44,220 bases of DNA. Source: a virus. Its lineage: Duplodnaviria > Caudoviricetes. Position 1 is the first letter of the stretch. Each line of letters begins with the position of its first letter. Shown here piece after piece: positions 1 to 10,288 of this stretch. The stretch is from positions 1 through 44,220 of the IMG/VR virus record IMGVR_UViG_3300024283_000007. One strand, written 5' to 3'. The notes beneath the pieces were generated by a model. It did not search any database. It saw only the letters and a program-made list of their open reading frames with translations, and was not told the DNA's origin. The position numbers and the translations under genes were made by a program.

Positions 1-127
1 ACCCGTACCTGCTCTACAAGTGCTTGGCTGCGTGAGCTGCGCGGGGTGATGAGATGCCGGGCACAGAACCGTATCTAACGTTCGACGAGTTCAAAGCGAT
101 ATCGGTCGTGCCCGCGTCTTACATCGA
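1..127. repeat. 127-bp terminal duplication (copy 1); circular assembly overlap
   Basis: Identical to 44094-44220; capsid gene end and start of the 54..539 gene read through the join. Confidence 0.95.
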
Positions 128-539
128 CGAGATCGAGACTGTGACTGCTGGCTGGGTGGCGAAGCGTATTCTGATGTTGTCTGCATACATCGATTCTAGA
201 TTGTCGAAACGCTATGACGCCCCGTTCAAGGCGCCGTATCCGTTCGCCGTACAAGACTGGGTGGCGAAGATCGTTTCGCTCGACGTCTGGATGCGCCGGG
301 GCGTGCAGCCCAATGACGAAGAGTTCGCCGAGTACAAAGCACAGGCAGCACAGTCATACGATGAGCTGAAAGAAGCTGCGAACTCTGAGATCGGCTTGTT
401 CGATCTCCCACTGCGCGCAGACACCAGCAGCACAGGCATCGTGAAGGGCGCGCCGCTGGTCAGCTCTGAGATGTCGCCCTACGCATGGGCGGACGAACAA
501 GCACGCATCGGGCGTCAAGAGGACCAGGGCATCCGATGA
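54..539 (+). CDS. Head-tail connector/adaptor (Mu gp36/DUF1320-like)
   Basis: Follows capsid gene; N-terminal Y-x-T, 'SAYIDSRLSKRYDAP' resembles the IDxxLxxRYxxP motif. Confidence 0.7.
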   Translation: MPGTEPYLTFDEFKAISVVPASYIDEIETVTAGWVAKRILMLSAYIDSRLSKRYDAPFKAPYPFAVQDWVAKIVSLDVWMRRGVQPNDEEFAEYKAQAAQSYDELKEAANSEIGLFDLPLRADTSSTGIVKGAPLVSSEMSPYAWADEQARIGRQEDQGIR

Positions 540-922
540 TTACCGTGGAAGAGATGCAGCGCCGCATCCAGGAGCTGCCTGAAGCTCTCACACGGGGCTC
601 CTGGCAGAAGCTCACAGCAGCCGCACGTGAGGAGCTGGAGCGCACGATCAATGCGGGCAAGACGCCAGACGGCGTGCCCTGGGCGAAGCGGAAGCGCGGC
701 ACCGGCGCAGTGCTGGTGAATGCAGCTGCGGCGCTCAAGGTCGCGACCATCCAGAACGTCATCTGGATGCGCCTCACTGGGCCTGAAGCCCGGCACCACC
801 GCGGCGCAGTCAAGGGCGGCGTCACGCGCGAGATAATCCTCACGCACCTCACAGACACCATGGCGACAGTTATCCATGACGTCTTGACTAAGGCGTTCAG
901 CGAAACAGTGAGCGGTGCCTAG
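536..922 (+). CDS. Virion morphogenesis / tail completion protein (Mu gpG-like)
   Basis: 'GKTPDGVPWAKRK' motif; ATGA overlap with upstream stop; position. Confidence 0.65.
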   Translation: MITVEEMQRRIQELPEALTRGSWQKLTAAAREELERTINAGKTPDGVPWAKRKRGTGAVLVNAAAALKVATIQNVIWMRLTGPEARHHRGAVKGGVTREIILTHLTDTMATVIHDVLTKAFSETVSGA

Positions 923-1502
923 TGAACTTGCACTCCCATGGCTGTATCGGACTGTCAGTGCTGCGCTCGCCGCAGACGGCACGCCAGTACAGAACCTATT
1001 CGGCTGGCGCATCCCAGCGCAGCACCCGACAGGCAACCGCATTGCGTGGGTGCCTGGCGATCCTACCGGCACGCTCGGGCTGGTCACAGCGCCGCGCAAC
1101 CCCGGTGGCAATCCCCGCACGCTCGGGACACTCACCGAACTGTTTACGTGCATCATCTTCGGGCAGGACCCCGCAGACCCAGAGAACGAACTCTTACAGT
1201 ATTCGATTGTCAGGTACCTGCGTGACGCTTGGTATCGGGCTGTCTACAACGCAGCGCACGGCTCGTTTCAAGTGCGGGCGGAGAAGTGGGAGATCGCCAA
1301 GCTAGAGCGCCGCTACGGCGCCGCGCTCTCTGTGCTGTGTGAGATTCAAGCGACGATCCCCGATGAGCCGTTCCCGGCGACCGACCCGCCCGCTGTGATC
1401 GAGATACCGAACCCGGACCTGCATCCGGTCGAAGCAGAACTAACAGTCAGCGAACTGGATGTTGACGAAGTCATTCACGTGTCAGGAGACGACCCAATAT
1501 GA
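915..1502 (+). CDS. Putative tail terminator/completion protein
   Basis: Position before sheath; overlaps both neighbours. Confidence 0.45.
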   Translation: MPSELALPWLYRTVSAALAADGTPVQNLFGWRIPAQHPTGNRIAWVPGDPTGTLGLVTAPRNPGGNPRTLGTLTELFTCIIFGQDPADPENELLQYSIVRYLRDAWYRAVYNAAHGSFQVRAEKWEIAKLERRYGAALSVLCEIQATIPDEPFPATDPPAVIEIPNPDLHPVEAELTVSELDVDEVIHVSGDDPI

Positions 1503-2944
1503 CATTGCCTCAAGTAATCATCACCGAGCGTGATGGAGCGCTGGGAGTGCTGCCGCCGTCAGCGGGTCGCCTCACAGTCTTCGTCGGCTGCTGCAGCAGT
1601 GGACCGCTGAATCAGCCAGCGACGTTCGCACGTGTGCCGGACCTCATCAGCATGTTCAAGGACGGCCCGAACGTGGAGGCTGCTGCGTTCTACATTGCGA
1701 ACACTGGGCGGCCGATCGTGTTCGTGCGCGCTGAGACCACCGTTCCAGGATCGGTCGGGGTCATCACGCACACTGGGACTGGGACGTCGGTGATGACGAT
1801 CTCACCGACCGAACACACGCCGGTAGACTCCTACCAGTACATCATCGTGATCGACGTCGGCGGCGTGATCGGCACAGCCGGCATCATGTATTCGATGTCG
1901 TACGACGGCGGGTATACGTTCGGCCCGAGCACACCGCTCGGCACGTCGACAGAGATCGTGCTGCCAACCGGCGTCACTCTGCTGCTGGCTGCCGGCACGC
2001 TGGTGACTGGTGACTTGTTCACAGCCACAGGCGTCGGCCCTAACTACGATGGCCCGAGTCTGACTGCAGCGCTGGCAGCACTGGGACTGTCGGCGACGGT
2101 CTACGACCAGGTCGTGCTCACTGGCCCGATCATTGGGAGCATGGTCGGCATTGCCGATCAGTTCGTTGCCACCATGCGCGCGCGCGGCCGCATGCGTTCA
2201 TGGCTGGGCTGCGCACGCATGAACGATGACGGTGAGGCGTTCGCCGCCTACCAGACGTTCCTGCAAGGCGCGTTCGGTGGAGTGCAGACCATCCACGGCG
2301 CAGTCACTGCTGGAGCTGCACGCATCACGTCGGCAGTCAGTGGGCGTTACTACCGCCGGCCGCTGCTGAACGGCTTCACTGCGCTGCAGTGCAACGTCAG
2401 CGAAGAGGTCAACACCGCCGACGTCAACCTCGGCCCGATCCCCTCGGCTGCCATCATGGACCGGAACGGGAACCCGATCGAACACGATGAGGCCCTCAAT
2501 CCGGGTCTGGACGACTTGCGCTTCGTGACCGCGCGTTCATGGGACGGCTATCCGGGTGTGTACATCACACGGCCGCGTCTGCTGTCGAACGAGACCAGCG
2601 ACTTTCAAATCATCCCGTACAGGCGGGTGCTGAACCTCGCAGAAGAAGCACTGCGCTCATACTTCATTCGGCGCTTGAACAAGCCGATCAGAGTGGACAC
2701 TGCGACAGGCTTCATACTGGAAGCTGACGCTGTGGAGATCGAAGGCGGGGCGGTCGCCGTCATGCGCTCCGTACTACTCGCCAAGCCGAAAGCATCAGAC
2801 GTGCAGTTCAGTCTGTCACGTATAGACAACGTGCTGTCGACCAAGACCCTCACCGGCGTCGCGCGTGTTCTGCCCCTCGCATACCCCGAGTTCATCGAAC
2901 TTGAGGTTGGCTTCTATAACCCGGCGATCGCCACAGCAGCGTGA
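1499..2944 (+). CDS. Contractile tail sheath protein
   Basis: 481 aa; C-terminal 'GYPGVYIT...SDFQIIPYRRV' sheath-like motif; followed by tube gene. Confidence 0.85.
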   Translation: MTLPQVIITERDGALGVLPPSAGRLTVFVGCCSSGPLNQPATFARVPDLISMFKDGPNVEAAAFYIANTGRPIVFVRAETTVPGSVGVITHTGTGTSVMTISPTEHTPVDSYQYIIVIDVGGVIGTAGIMYSMSYDGGYTFGPSTPLGTSTEIVLPTGVTLLLAAGTLVTGDLFTATGVGPNYDGPSLTAALAALGLSATVYDQVVLTGPIIGSMVGIADQFVATMRARGRMRSWLGCARMNDDGEAFAAYQTFLQGAFGGVQTIHGAVTAGAARITSAVSGRYYRRPLLNGFTALQCNVSEEVNTADVNLGPIPSAAIMDRNGNPIEHDEALNPGLDDLRFVTARSWDGYPGVYITRPRLLSNETSDFQIIPYRRVLNLAEEALRSYFIRRLNKPIRVDTATGFILEADAVEIEGGAVAVMRSVLLAKPKASDVQFSLSRIDNVLSTKTLTGVARVLPLAYPEFIELEVGFYNPAIATAA

Positions 2945-2957
2945 GGGAGGTTGAGTC

Positions 2958-3440
2958 ATGGCTGACCAGATTCGCGTGAATGATAGTCAACTGTCATGGG
3001 GCTCCATTCGCCTCATGATAAACGGAGAAACGTACTCAGGCTTCACCTCAATTTCGTACGCGGACAAGCGCGAACGGGTGAAGGCATACGGCATGGGGCG
3101 CCATCACGCCCCGCGCGGCCGATCGTCGGGCAAGTACTCCACCGAACCGGTCAAGCTGGTCGGGTGGAAGTCGAGCGTCGCAGCTGCGCGGGATGCGCTG
3201 GTGCGGCTGGCGCCTGACGGCCGCAGCTATGGCAGCGTCCTGTTCTACATCGTGGTGTTCTATTCCGAACTGTCAGAGCCCAACCAGGACATACAGATTA
3301 GTGACTGCGTCTGGGTGGGCTCAGCGAGCAGCGAAGAAGAGTCACCCGACCCACTCAAAGAAGAAGTCGAGATCGACTGCATGTCGATCCGGCGCAACGG
3401 CTCGACCCTGTTCGATTCAAGTGGTGAGGTTCCTGTATGA
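2958..3440 (+). CDS. Tail tube protein
   Basis: 160 aa after sheath; RBS GGGAGG; 'AYGMGR..PRGRSSGKY' tube-like motif. Confidence 0.75.
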   Translation: MADQIRVNDSQLSWGSIRLMINGETYSGFTSISYADKRERVKAYGMGRHHAPRGRSSGKYSTEPVKLVGWKSSVAAARDALVRLAPDGRSYGSVLFYIVVFYSELSEPNQDIQISDCVWVGSASSEEESPDPLKEEVEIDCMSIRRNGSTLFDSSGEVPV

Positions 3441-3865
3441 GTGATGACCTAGAAGAGCGCCTGGCAGCAGTGCGGGCGCAGCGTGCTGCACTGGCAGAAG
3501 CTGCAGCTGCCCGGCAGCAGCCGAGCACTGAGGAGCAGCTCGCGATCGAAGAGCGCGGCCTGAAAGAAGACGAAGCGTTCGACGCGTTCTCCAAGGAGCA
3601 CGGCGCGCGCGCAGTGGCACTCATCCGCACAGAGGTCGGCGCTGTGATTCTGCGCCGGCCTCACATTGCTGCGTTCCGCAAGTTCCAAGACGCAGGCGGG
3701 CTGACGTCTGACACAGCTGAGGAGCTGGTGAAGGCGTCGTTGCTCTACCCGAGCAAGCCTGAGCTCGACAAGATGCTGCGGCAGCTGCCGGGCATCCTCA
3801 CCGGGCTCGCGAGTCAGTGCGTCGAACTGTCAGGCTTCCGCAATCAGGAGCTGAAGGCAAAATAG
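3437..3865 (+). CDS. Tail assembly chaperone
   Basis: Between tube and tape measure; ends at G GCA AAA TAG. Confidence 0.7.
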   Translation: MSDDLEERLAAVRAQRAALAEAAAARQQPSTEEQLAIEERGLKEDEAFDAFSKEHGARAVALIRTEVGAVILRRPHIAAFRKFQDAGGLTSDTAEELVKASLLYPSKPELDKMLRQLPGILTGLASQCVELSGFRNQELKAK

Positions 3866-4068
3866 AGGACCTGCGGAGCGCTGCCCGCCGGCAAGACGCA
3901 GTAGCAGCGCAGGCCGTGCTCGAAGTGCTCGGCTACGAAGAGGACGATCAGTCAGTCGGAAGCACGGCGCGCGCCTGGGTGGGAGCGCTCATCATCGTGG
4001 AGGTGTGGCGCGAACTAACACTCATCAGACGCATCATCACAGCAGCGCTCAAGCAGCGGGAGGACTAA
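3856..4068 (+). CDS. Putative -1 frameshift extension of the tail assembly chaperone (G-T type)
   Basis: -1 frame is open across the chaperone stop, ends 4 bp before the tape measure ATG, and has no convincing start of its own. Confidence 0.55.
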   Translation, partial: GKIEDLRSAARRQDAVAAQAVLEVLGYEEDDQSVGSTARAWVGALIIVEVWRELTLIRRIITAALKQRED

Positions 4069-4072
4069 CAGC

Positions 4073-6178
4073 ATGGCGAATCAGGACTACGCAACCTTCC
4101 GCATCGGCTTGATCGACGACGTGTCACCGCAAGCCAAGACTGCAGCCGAAACGCTGCAGGGCTTGCAGACGCAGATGTCGAAGGACACGAAGGCGCTGAG
4201 TGAGCTGCAGCGGGCGCTCAAGAACTTGAAGGGTGCTGCGCAGCCGAACACTGCGGAGATCGCCAAGCTTGAAGCAGCGCTCACAGCCACCAGGCAGCGC
4301 CTGTCAGAGACGCAGCAGCAGTTCTTAGACTTGGGCGGCACGTTCGGGCGCGCTGGGAAAGGGGCTGGCTCTTTCAAGGACCGCCTAGCCGAGCTGGCGA
4401 AGACCGCACAGGCAGCGCCCGGCCCGATCGGGATGCTGATGCAGAAGCTGTCAGCGTTCATCGGCAACGCCAGCACCAGCCGTCTGGCGCTGCTGGCGCT
4501 TGCTGGTGCGACGCTCGCGATCGGCGCAGCTGCAGTCAAGGCCGCAGCCGGCATGACTCAGTTCGCCATCTCCACAGCGAACGCACGGCGCGCAGAGCTG
4601 CTCCAGTTTGAAGCAGTGGGCAAGCTCCGCACGATCTACTCGGCGACGTTCGGACGCGCAGCAGACAAGGCGACCGACATGCAGGCTGCAGTCGATGAGG
4701 TCAGCGCGAGCGTATCCATCGCGCGTGACAAGGTCGCCGAGTACGCCATGCAGCTCGAGCGCTCGCACGTGCGCGGCAAGAACTTCAAGTCAGCACTCGA
4801 AGCTGTGGCGACCGCCGCATCGGGGTGGGGCGAAGAGCAAGCGAACCAGACGCTGGCCTGGGCTGCCTCACTGGCACACACAGGACAGTCAGTCGACAAG
4901 CTCACCCAGCGTGTGAAGAATCAGATCGGCGGCGTGGTCAAGGGCAAGATGCTCGACCTGAACGTGCAGCAGCAGAAGCTGGCAGAGTCACAAGCCGCAC
5001 TGTTCGCTGACGTTGATATCAGTGGTTTCGCTGTGGCGAAGAAGGCGCTCAACGATCTCTTCTCACAGGGCACTAACAGCGGCAAAGTCATGAAGCAGTT
5101 CCTGAGCACGCTGATTCAGCCGCTCATCGACGCTGCGTCTGCGGGGCTGCGTGGCCTGAAGATATTCTTTCAGGAGGTCATCATCTTCACGCTGAAGACC
5201 CAGATCGCTTGGTACCGCATGCGCATCACACTGCAGCAAGCCGGCGCCACGATCATGAAGGACTTCGGCAAGTTCAAAGACGGCATCGTCCAGACGTGGA
5301 ACGATCTGACTGCTGGCGTCGGCAAAGCGTTCGACACGCTCATGGAGTATCAGGACTCTCTAGCTGCTGTGGCGCTGGTGACTGCCGGCAAGCTGGGCAT
5401 GACTATCATCCCAGCACTGTGGGCGATGGTGCCGCCGCTGGTGGCCTCAGCGAAAGAAGCTGTGGCGACTGGCGTCGCGTTCTCAGTGAACTTAGCTAAG
5501 AGCATCTGGAAGGCTATTCCAGCGCTGGCAGCTGCAGCCTGGCAGGCTGGTGTTACTGCAACCGCATACCTGGTCGGACTGCTCCCAGCTATCTGGGCGA
5601 GCATCGTTGGATTCGGCGCGATGGCAGTGGCAGTCATCGCAGCAACGTGGCCGTTCGCAGCTGCAGTGGTCGGCGTGTGGCTGCTCATCAAGGCGTTCAA
5701 GTTCTTATGGTCATGGGCCTCACAGCAAGACTGGGGGCAGATAGGCATCAACATCATTGACGGCTTCATGAAGTTCATCACCAGCGGGAAGGACCTGATT
5801 GTCAACGGGTTCAAGTCACTCGCCGAAGCGGGTGCGAACGCGTTCAAGTCTGTGTTCAAGATCGGCTCGCCGTCCAAGCTGATGCAGCAGTATGGTGATG
5901 ACATCACTGCTGGCCTGACGGTCGGGCTCGATGAGGGTGAGCAGCAAGCGCAGGGCGCGATGTCCTCACTGGTGGCTCCGCCCGCTGGAGCTCCGGGCGT
6001 CGGGGGCGGAGCTGCGCGGGGCGGCTCTGTCGGCCAAGTGAACATCACCGAGCTGCACGTGCATGTCGGCGCGGACGCAAAACAGTCAGACGCTGCGGGG
6101 ATCGCACAAGCTCTGAAGCGTGAGCTGGAGAGCATTCTCGAAGGCGTCGCCATCCAGCTGGGGGCGCCGGTCACATGA
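4073..6178 (+). CDS. Tape measure protein
   Basis: 701 aa, Ala-rich helical with hydrophobic segments; C-terminal 'FKIGSPSKLM'. Confidence 0.85.
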   Translation: MANQDYATFRIGLIDDVSPQAKTAAETLQGLQTQMSKDTKALSELQRALKNLKGAAQPNTAEIAKLEAALTATRQRLSETQQQFLDLGGTFGRAGKGAGSFKDRLAELAKTAQAAPGPIGMLMQKLSAFIGNASTSRLALLALAGATLAIGAAAVKAAAGMTQFAISTANARRAELLQFEAVGKLRTIYSATFGRAADKATDMQAAVDEVSASVSIARDKVAEYAMQLERSHVRGKNFKSALEAVATAASGWGEEQANQTLAWAASLAHTGQSVDKLTQRVKNQIGGVVKGKMLDLNVQQQKLAESQAALFADVDISGFAVAKKALNDLFSQGTNSGKVMKQFLSTLIQPLIDAASAGLRGLKIFFQEVIIFTLKTQIAWYRMRITLQQAGATIMKDFGKFKDGIVQTWNDLTAGVGKAFDTLMEYQDSLAAVALVTAGKLGMTIIPALWAMVPPLVASAKEAVATGVAFSVNLAKSIWKAIPALAAAAWQAGVTATAYLVGLLPAIWASIVGFGAMAVAVIAATWPFAAAVVGVWLLIKAFKFLWSWASQQDWGQIGINIIDGFMKFITSGKDLIVNGFKSLAEAGANAFKSVFKIGSPSKLMQQYGDDITAGLTVGLDEGEQQAQGAMSSLVAPPAGAPGVGGGAARGGSVGQVNITELHVHVGADAKQSDAAGIAQALKRELESILEGVAIQLGAPVT

Positions 6179-6705
6179 CTTGGAACCCGATCGAACAGCC
6201 AGTCGATGAGTGCTGGCTCGGCGGGTATGCCACGCCGGGTATCTGCGAAGTGGTCGGCGCCAGCTCTCCGCGCAAGTGGGACGAGCAGGCGGGCTACGCC
6301 ATGTCAGGCGCGATCCTCATCTACCGGGGAACGGGGCTCGCTCACTTCTCGATCAACCTGAAGCTCTACACGCTGGAGCACTGGAATACGTGGGACCTCA
6401 TCAAGCCGATCCTCATGCGCCCGCCGGTGGGCAAGCGTGCGAACGCGCTCGACGTGATTCATCCAGTGCTCAACGAAGTCGGCATCTCACAGCTGGTGAT
6501 CGAAGACGTCGGCGCGCCCGAACAAGTCGAGGACGGCGTGTGGAGCATCAGCATCAAGTGCATCGAGTGGCGCCGCTATGGGCTCGGGGTGTCGAAGCCT
6601 GACGGGAGCACAGCCACACCAGCAGACCCGCGCGACGTCGAAATAGGGGAACTGACAGGTGAGCGGAACATGATGAGCATCGCCGCTGACGGGGGCAATC
6701 CATGA
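6175..6705 (+). CDS. Tail tube initiator / baseplate-proximal protein
   Basis: Position after tape measure; translational coupling. Confidence 0.5.
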   Translation: MTWNPIEQPVDECWLGGYATPGICEVVGASSPRKWDEQAGYAMSGAILIYRGTGLAHFSINLKLYTLEHWNTWDLIKPILMRPPVGKRANALDVIHPVLNEVGISQLVIEDVGAPEQVEDGVWSISIKCIEWRRYGLGVSKPDGSTATPADPRDVEIGELTGERNMMSIAADGGNP

Positions 6706-7967
6706 GCGAGCAGGAGCAGTACGTCTCAGTGAGCGGCATGCCGTGCACTTCGGCGAAGGTGACTGTCGGCTATGCCGGGCCCTGGACTGCTGAGGTTCGG
6801 CTCGGCGTGGATGGCGTCATCCCTGACCGGTGCGAACTGAAGATCGGCAACCTCACGCTGGTCGGCGCTCCGCTGCGCGAGATGGATGGCACCCATGCGT
6901 TGCAGCGCCATGCGCGCATCGTGGGCGGCGCTGCGGGCTGGGGGCGTGAGGTCGCGAAGAAGGGCTACCACAACGACGCGGGCGTCAAGGCGCGCCTGGT
7001 GGTGGAGGACGCCGCACGTGAGGTGGGTGAGCAGCTCGGGACGTTCATCCCGACTCGCGAGCGCATCGGCATCGACTACGCCCGCCAGGCCGGCCCGGCG
7101 TCCCGTGCGCTCATAGACGCCATCGGCGGGGCTGCCTGGTGGGTCGACTATGCCGGGCTCACTCAGGTCGGCCCGCGCACGCTCACGACGCCCGATGAGG
7201 CGACCTACACGGTGCTCGCGTTCAATCCATCGGAGCGCACTGGGACGCTGACTGCAGACGACCCGAGCACCATCCAAGTCGGCGCGCAGATATCCAACGG
7301 CATCGATCAGCCCGGCATCGTGCGTGAGCTGGAGATCGTCGCCGGCGGCGAAGACAAACTGCGCATCAACATCTGGCTCGGCGGCACTGCTCAAGACCCT
7401 GGGCGGCTCGCTGGCCTCATGACCACCATCACCACGGCGCTCGCCACGCAGCGCCTGTTCGGTGTGTACCGATACCGCGTCGTCCAGCAGTCAGGTGATG
7501 ACCGGGTCGACTTGCAAGCCATCGAGCCAGGGCTGCCGGACTTGCGCGCGATCTCAGCGTGGCCCGGCATCCCCGGAGCTCGAGCCACCATCACGCCTGG
7601 TGGTGAGGCGCTGGTGATGTTCATCGGCGGCGACCGCGCGCAGCCCATAGTCATGGGATATGCGCACTACGGTGCAGCTGGTTACGTCCCTGTCAGTCTC
7701 ACGTTAGGCGGGAACTCGGGCGAGCCAGCAGCGCGGAAGGGTGACGCAGTGGCAGCTGGTGGGCCGCTCACGCTCGCCACGTTCTGGCCGCCTGGCTTGC
7801 CCCTGACGACCACGCCGCCCCCTGCGATGCTGTGCGGCACTCCGTACTGGGTGAGCTTCGACGGGAACAAGCCCACTGCTGCGAGCGCTGCTGGCCTCAG
7901 CGGCAAAGTCACGTCGGGCAGCTCCATCGTCAAGATCGCTCCAGTCATCCCGGTGCCGACGCCATGA
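6702..7967 (+). CDS. Baseplate hub fused to spike OB-fold with PAAR-like C-terminus
   Basis: Hub-like N-terminus; gpV-like 'PGGEALVMFIGGDRAQPIVMG'; 'PAARKGD...GKVTSGSSIVKI'. Confidence 0.6.
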   Translation: MSEQEQYVSVSGMPCTSAKVTVGYAGPWTAEVRLGVDGVIPDRCELKIGNLTLVGAPLREMDGTHALQRHARIVGGAAGWGREVAKKGYHNDAGVKARLVVEDAAREVGEQLGTFIPTRERIGIDYARQAGPASRALIDAIGGAAWWVDYAGLTQVGPRTLTTPDEATYTVLAFNPSERTGTLTADDPSTIQVGAQISNGIDQPGIVRELEIVAGGEDKLRINIWLGGTAQDPGRLAGLMTTITTALATQRLFGVYRYRVVQQSGDDRVDLQAIEPGLPDLRAISAWPGIPGARATITPGGEALVMFIGGDRAQPIVMGYAHYGAAGYVPVSLTLGGNSGEPAARKGDAVAAGGPLTLATFWPPGLPLTTTPPPAMLCGTPYWVSFDGNKPTAASAAGLSGKVTSGSSIVKIAPVIPVPTP

Positions 7968-8452
7968 CTTACCTGCAAGACCTCATCGACGCAGAGATCG
8001 AACTGCTCGGGCCACCCGTGGACCGCGTTGCGCCCGACGCGTTCGGCTATGGCCGGGACCTGTCATGCATCACTGATGTCACTGCAGCGCTCGACGAAGT
8101 GGACCCGATGTCAGCCAGCGCAGTGACACAAGCCATCATCCGCCGACTCATCACCCCGCGCGGGGGCGTGATCGATGACGGGGCTTACGGCTTCGATCTA
8201 CGCGGCTACTGCAACCGCGGCGTGACGCAGCCGGACCTCAATCGCGTGCAGGCTCAGGTCCAGTCCGAAGCCCGCAAAGATGATCGCGTCGCCACAGCGA
8301 ACGCCGTCGTGCAGTTCACCTCACTGCTGCGCAACCGCATGCTGGTGAATGTCACAGGCACGCTCAAGGACTCGGGCGAAGAGTTCAAGCTGGTGTTCTT
8401 CGTGACGACCGACGGCGCCGAACTCCAAGAGAGCATCGACAAACATGGCTAG
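7964..8452 (+). CDS. Baseplate wedge / sheath initiator (gpW/gp25-like)
   Basis: 'IIRRLITPRG...YGFDL...KDDRV'; ATG 7964 overlaps upstream stop. Confidence 0.7.
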   Translation: MTYLQDLIDAEIELLGPPVDRVAPDAFGYGRDLSCITDVTAALDEVDPMSASAVTQAIIRRLITPRGGVIDDGAYGFDLRGYCNRGVTQPDLNRVQAQVQSEARKDDRVATANAVVQFTSLLRNRMLVNVTGTLKDSGEEFKLVFFVTTDGAELQESIDKHG

Positions 8453-9620
8453 GCTAACAGTCGACGAACTGACCACGCCGCTAACGCGCGCCGAAGTGCA
8501 GTCATCTATCTATGAGGTGCTGACGGCGCTCGGCGTCAACACCACTGCATGGAAAGCGGGCGGCGTTGTCCGAACCATGATCGTGGCGACGAGCGCGATC
8601 TTCGCAGCTTACTCACAGCTGATGGCGAACATCGCCCGCTCAGGGTTCCTGGCCACAGCGTCACTCGACTGGCTGACGCTGGTGGCTTGGTATGTGTATG
8701 GGATCGAGCGGCGCGCTGCTACGTACGCGAGCGGCGTCGTCGTACTGGAGAACGGCGGGGGCGGCATCTACTCGCTCGACCCGTCTGACCTCATCGTGAA
8801 GAATCACGACACCGGGCACACGTATCGGAACATCGAAGCGTTCACGATCAACCCTGGTGACACCATCGAAGTCGGCGTCGTCGCCACTGAGCCTGGCACA
8901 GCATCGAACGCTGATGCGCTCGACATCACTGACATGGTCTCGACGCTGCTGGGTGTGACGTGCTCGAACCCGGTCGGGCTGTTCGCCACTGACACTGAGT
9001 CCGACACTGAGCTGCGGCAACGCTGCACGGAGATGTTAGGGGCCTTATCGCCGATGGGTCCGTGGGATGCATATTTCGTGGCGCTTCGGAATGCGACGCG
9101 CGAAGCGGACGGATCGAACCTCGGCGTCACTCGCGTCAACATTGAGGTGGACGGGTATGGACACGTTGACTGTTATGCAGCCACGAAGACTGGAGCGCTG
9201 CCCGCTGAGGACTTGCCCACCGCGCAGCTTGCTGTGGAGCAATACGCGGAGCCGCTCGCTGTGACCGCACGCGTATACAGCGCCGTGCCGCTGGTAGTGA
9301 ACATCACCTACAGCGTCTGGATGTACAACACTACCGGCGCCACCGAACAGGAGATCAAGGACGCTATCACTGCGTCTCTGACTACGTTCATTCAAGCGCA
9401 GCCCGTGGGCGGTAACGTGATCGATGACGCGACCACCGGGTACATCTATCTAGACCGCGTGCGCGGTGCGATCGCTGCGACCTACCCCGAGATATTCCAT
9501 GTGGTCGTCACGTCACCCCTGACTGACATAGCGATGTCAGTGCAGCAGGTGGCGACAGTCGGCGTGATGACTGCTGCGCTTATCAAACAGGTCCCGCCCC
9601 CGGAGGCGTTCCATTCATGA
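8445..9620 (+). CDS. Baseplate J-like protein
   Basis: 'FLATASLDWL', 'GIERRAATYASG', 'ESDTELRQR' J-family motifs. Confidence 0.85.
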   Translation: MARLTVDELTTPLTRAEVQSSIYEVLTALGVNTTAWKAGGVVRTMIVATSAIFAAYSQLMANIARSGFLATASLDWLTLVAWYVYGIERRAATYASGVVVLENGGGGIYSLDPSDLIVKNHDTGHTYRNIEAFTINPGDTIEVGVVATEPGTASNADALDITDMVSTLLGVTCSNPVGLFATDTESDTELRQRCTEMLGALSPMGPWDAYFVALRNATREADGSNLGVTRVNIEVDGYGHVDCYAATKTGALPAEDLPTAQLAVEQYAEPLAVTARVYSAVPLVVNITYSVWMYNTTGATEQEIKDAITASLTTFIQAQPVGGNVIDDATTGYIYLDRVRGAIAATYPEIFHVVVTSPLTDIAMSVQQVATVGVMTAALIKQVPPPEAFHS

Positions 9621-10285
9621 CGCTGCCGAGCGCCATCATACGGACGTTCCGTGACGTCGTCTGGGCACTGTCACCACCGTGGCTGCGGCGCGGGCTCGCG
9701 CAGAAGATTCTGTACTCGGTAGCAGTGCAGCTCGATGCGGGTGGTGACGCTCTGAATGCTGGCATCAAGATTCGGTTTCCGGGTGTGTACTCGAACGAGT
9801 CGCTATCCATGATCGGTCAGGAGCGGCGCATCCGGCGCGGGCTGCATGAAGAGCCACCGAACTATGCGGCGCGGCTGACGCAGTGGCTGGTCGACCATCG
9901 GGTGCGCGGTGGCGCATACGCCATGCTCAAGCAACTGTGGGTGCACTACTATCCCGAGAACTTCCCGATCGTGCTCTGGTACCCGTCAGGCGCGCGCTAC
10001 TCACTGGCAGAAGACGGGACGATCACACGCTTCGTTCCACCGGTGCCGCTGCTCACGCCGAAGTGGGCAAGCTGGTCGCTGCTCTACTTCTCCGACTCGT
10101 TCACTGCAGCCGATGAGACTGACCTAGTCCTCATCCCGCGCGACTGGAATGCAGCTCACTGTCTCGGGCAAATCATCGTGATGCCGACTGACTCTGAGCT
10201 GTGGGACTACCCGCCCGACTGGCTGTGGAATGACGCTCTGCCGTGGAACTCGGCTGACAGTTCGATACGCATGCAAGTGAGGTGA
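9617..10285 (+). CDS. Baseplate wedge protein (gpI/Mu gp48-like)
   Basis: Follows J; 'IGQERRIRRG..E...YAARL'. Confidence 0.6.
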   Translation: MTLPSAIIRTFRDVVWALSPPWLRRGLAQKILYSVAVQLDAGGDALNAGIKIRFPGVYSNESLSMIGQERRIRRGLHEEPPNYAARLTQWLVDHRVRGGAYAMLKQLWVHYYPENFPIVLWYPSGARYSLAEDGTITRFVPPVPLLTPKWASWSLLYFSDSFTAADETDLVLIPRDWNAAHCLGQIIVMPTDSELWDYPPDWLWNDALPWNSADSSIRMQVR

Positions 10286-10288
10286 CAC

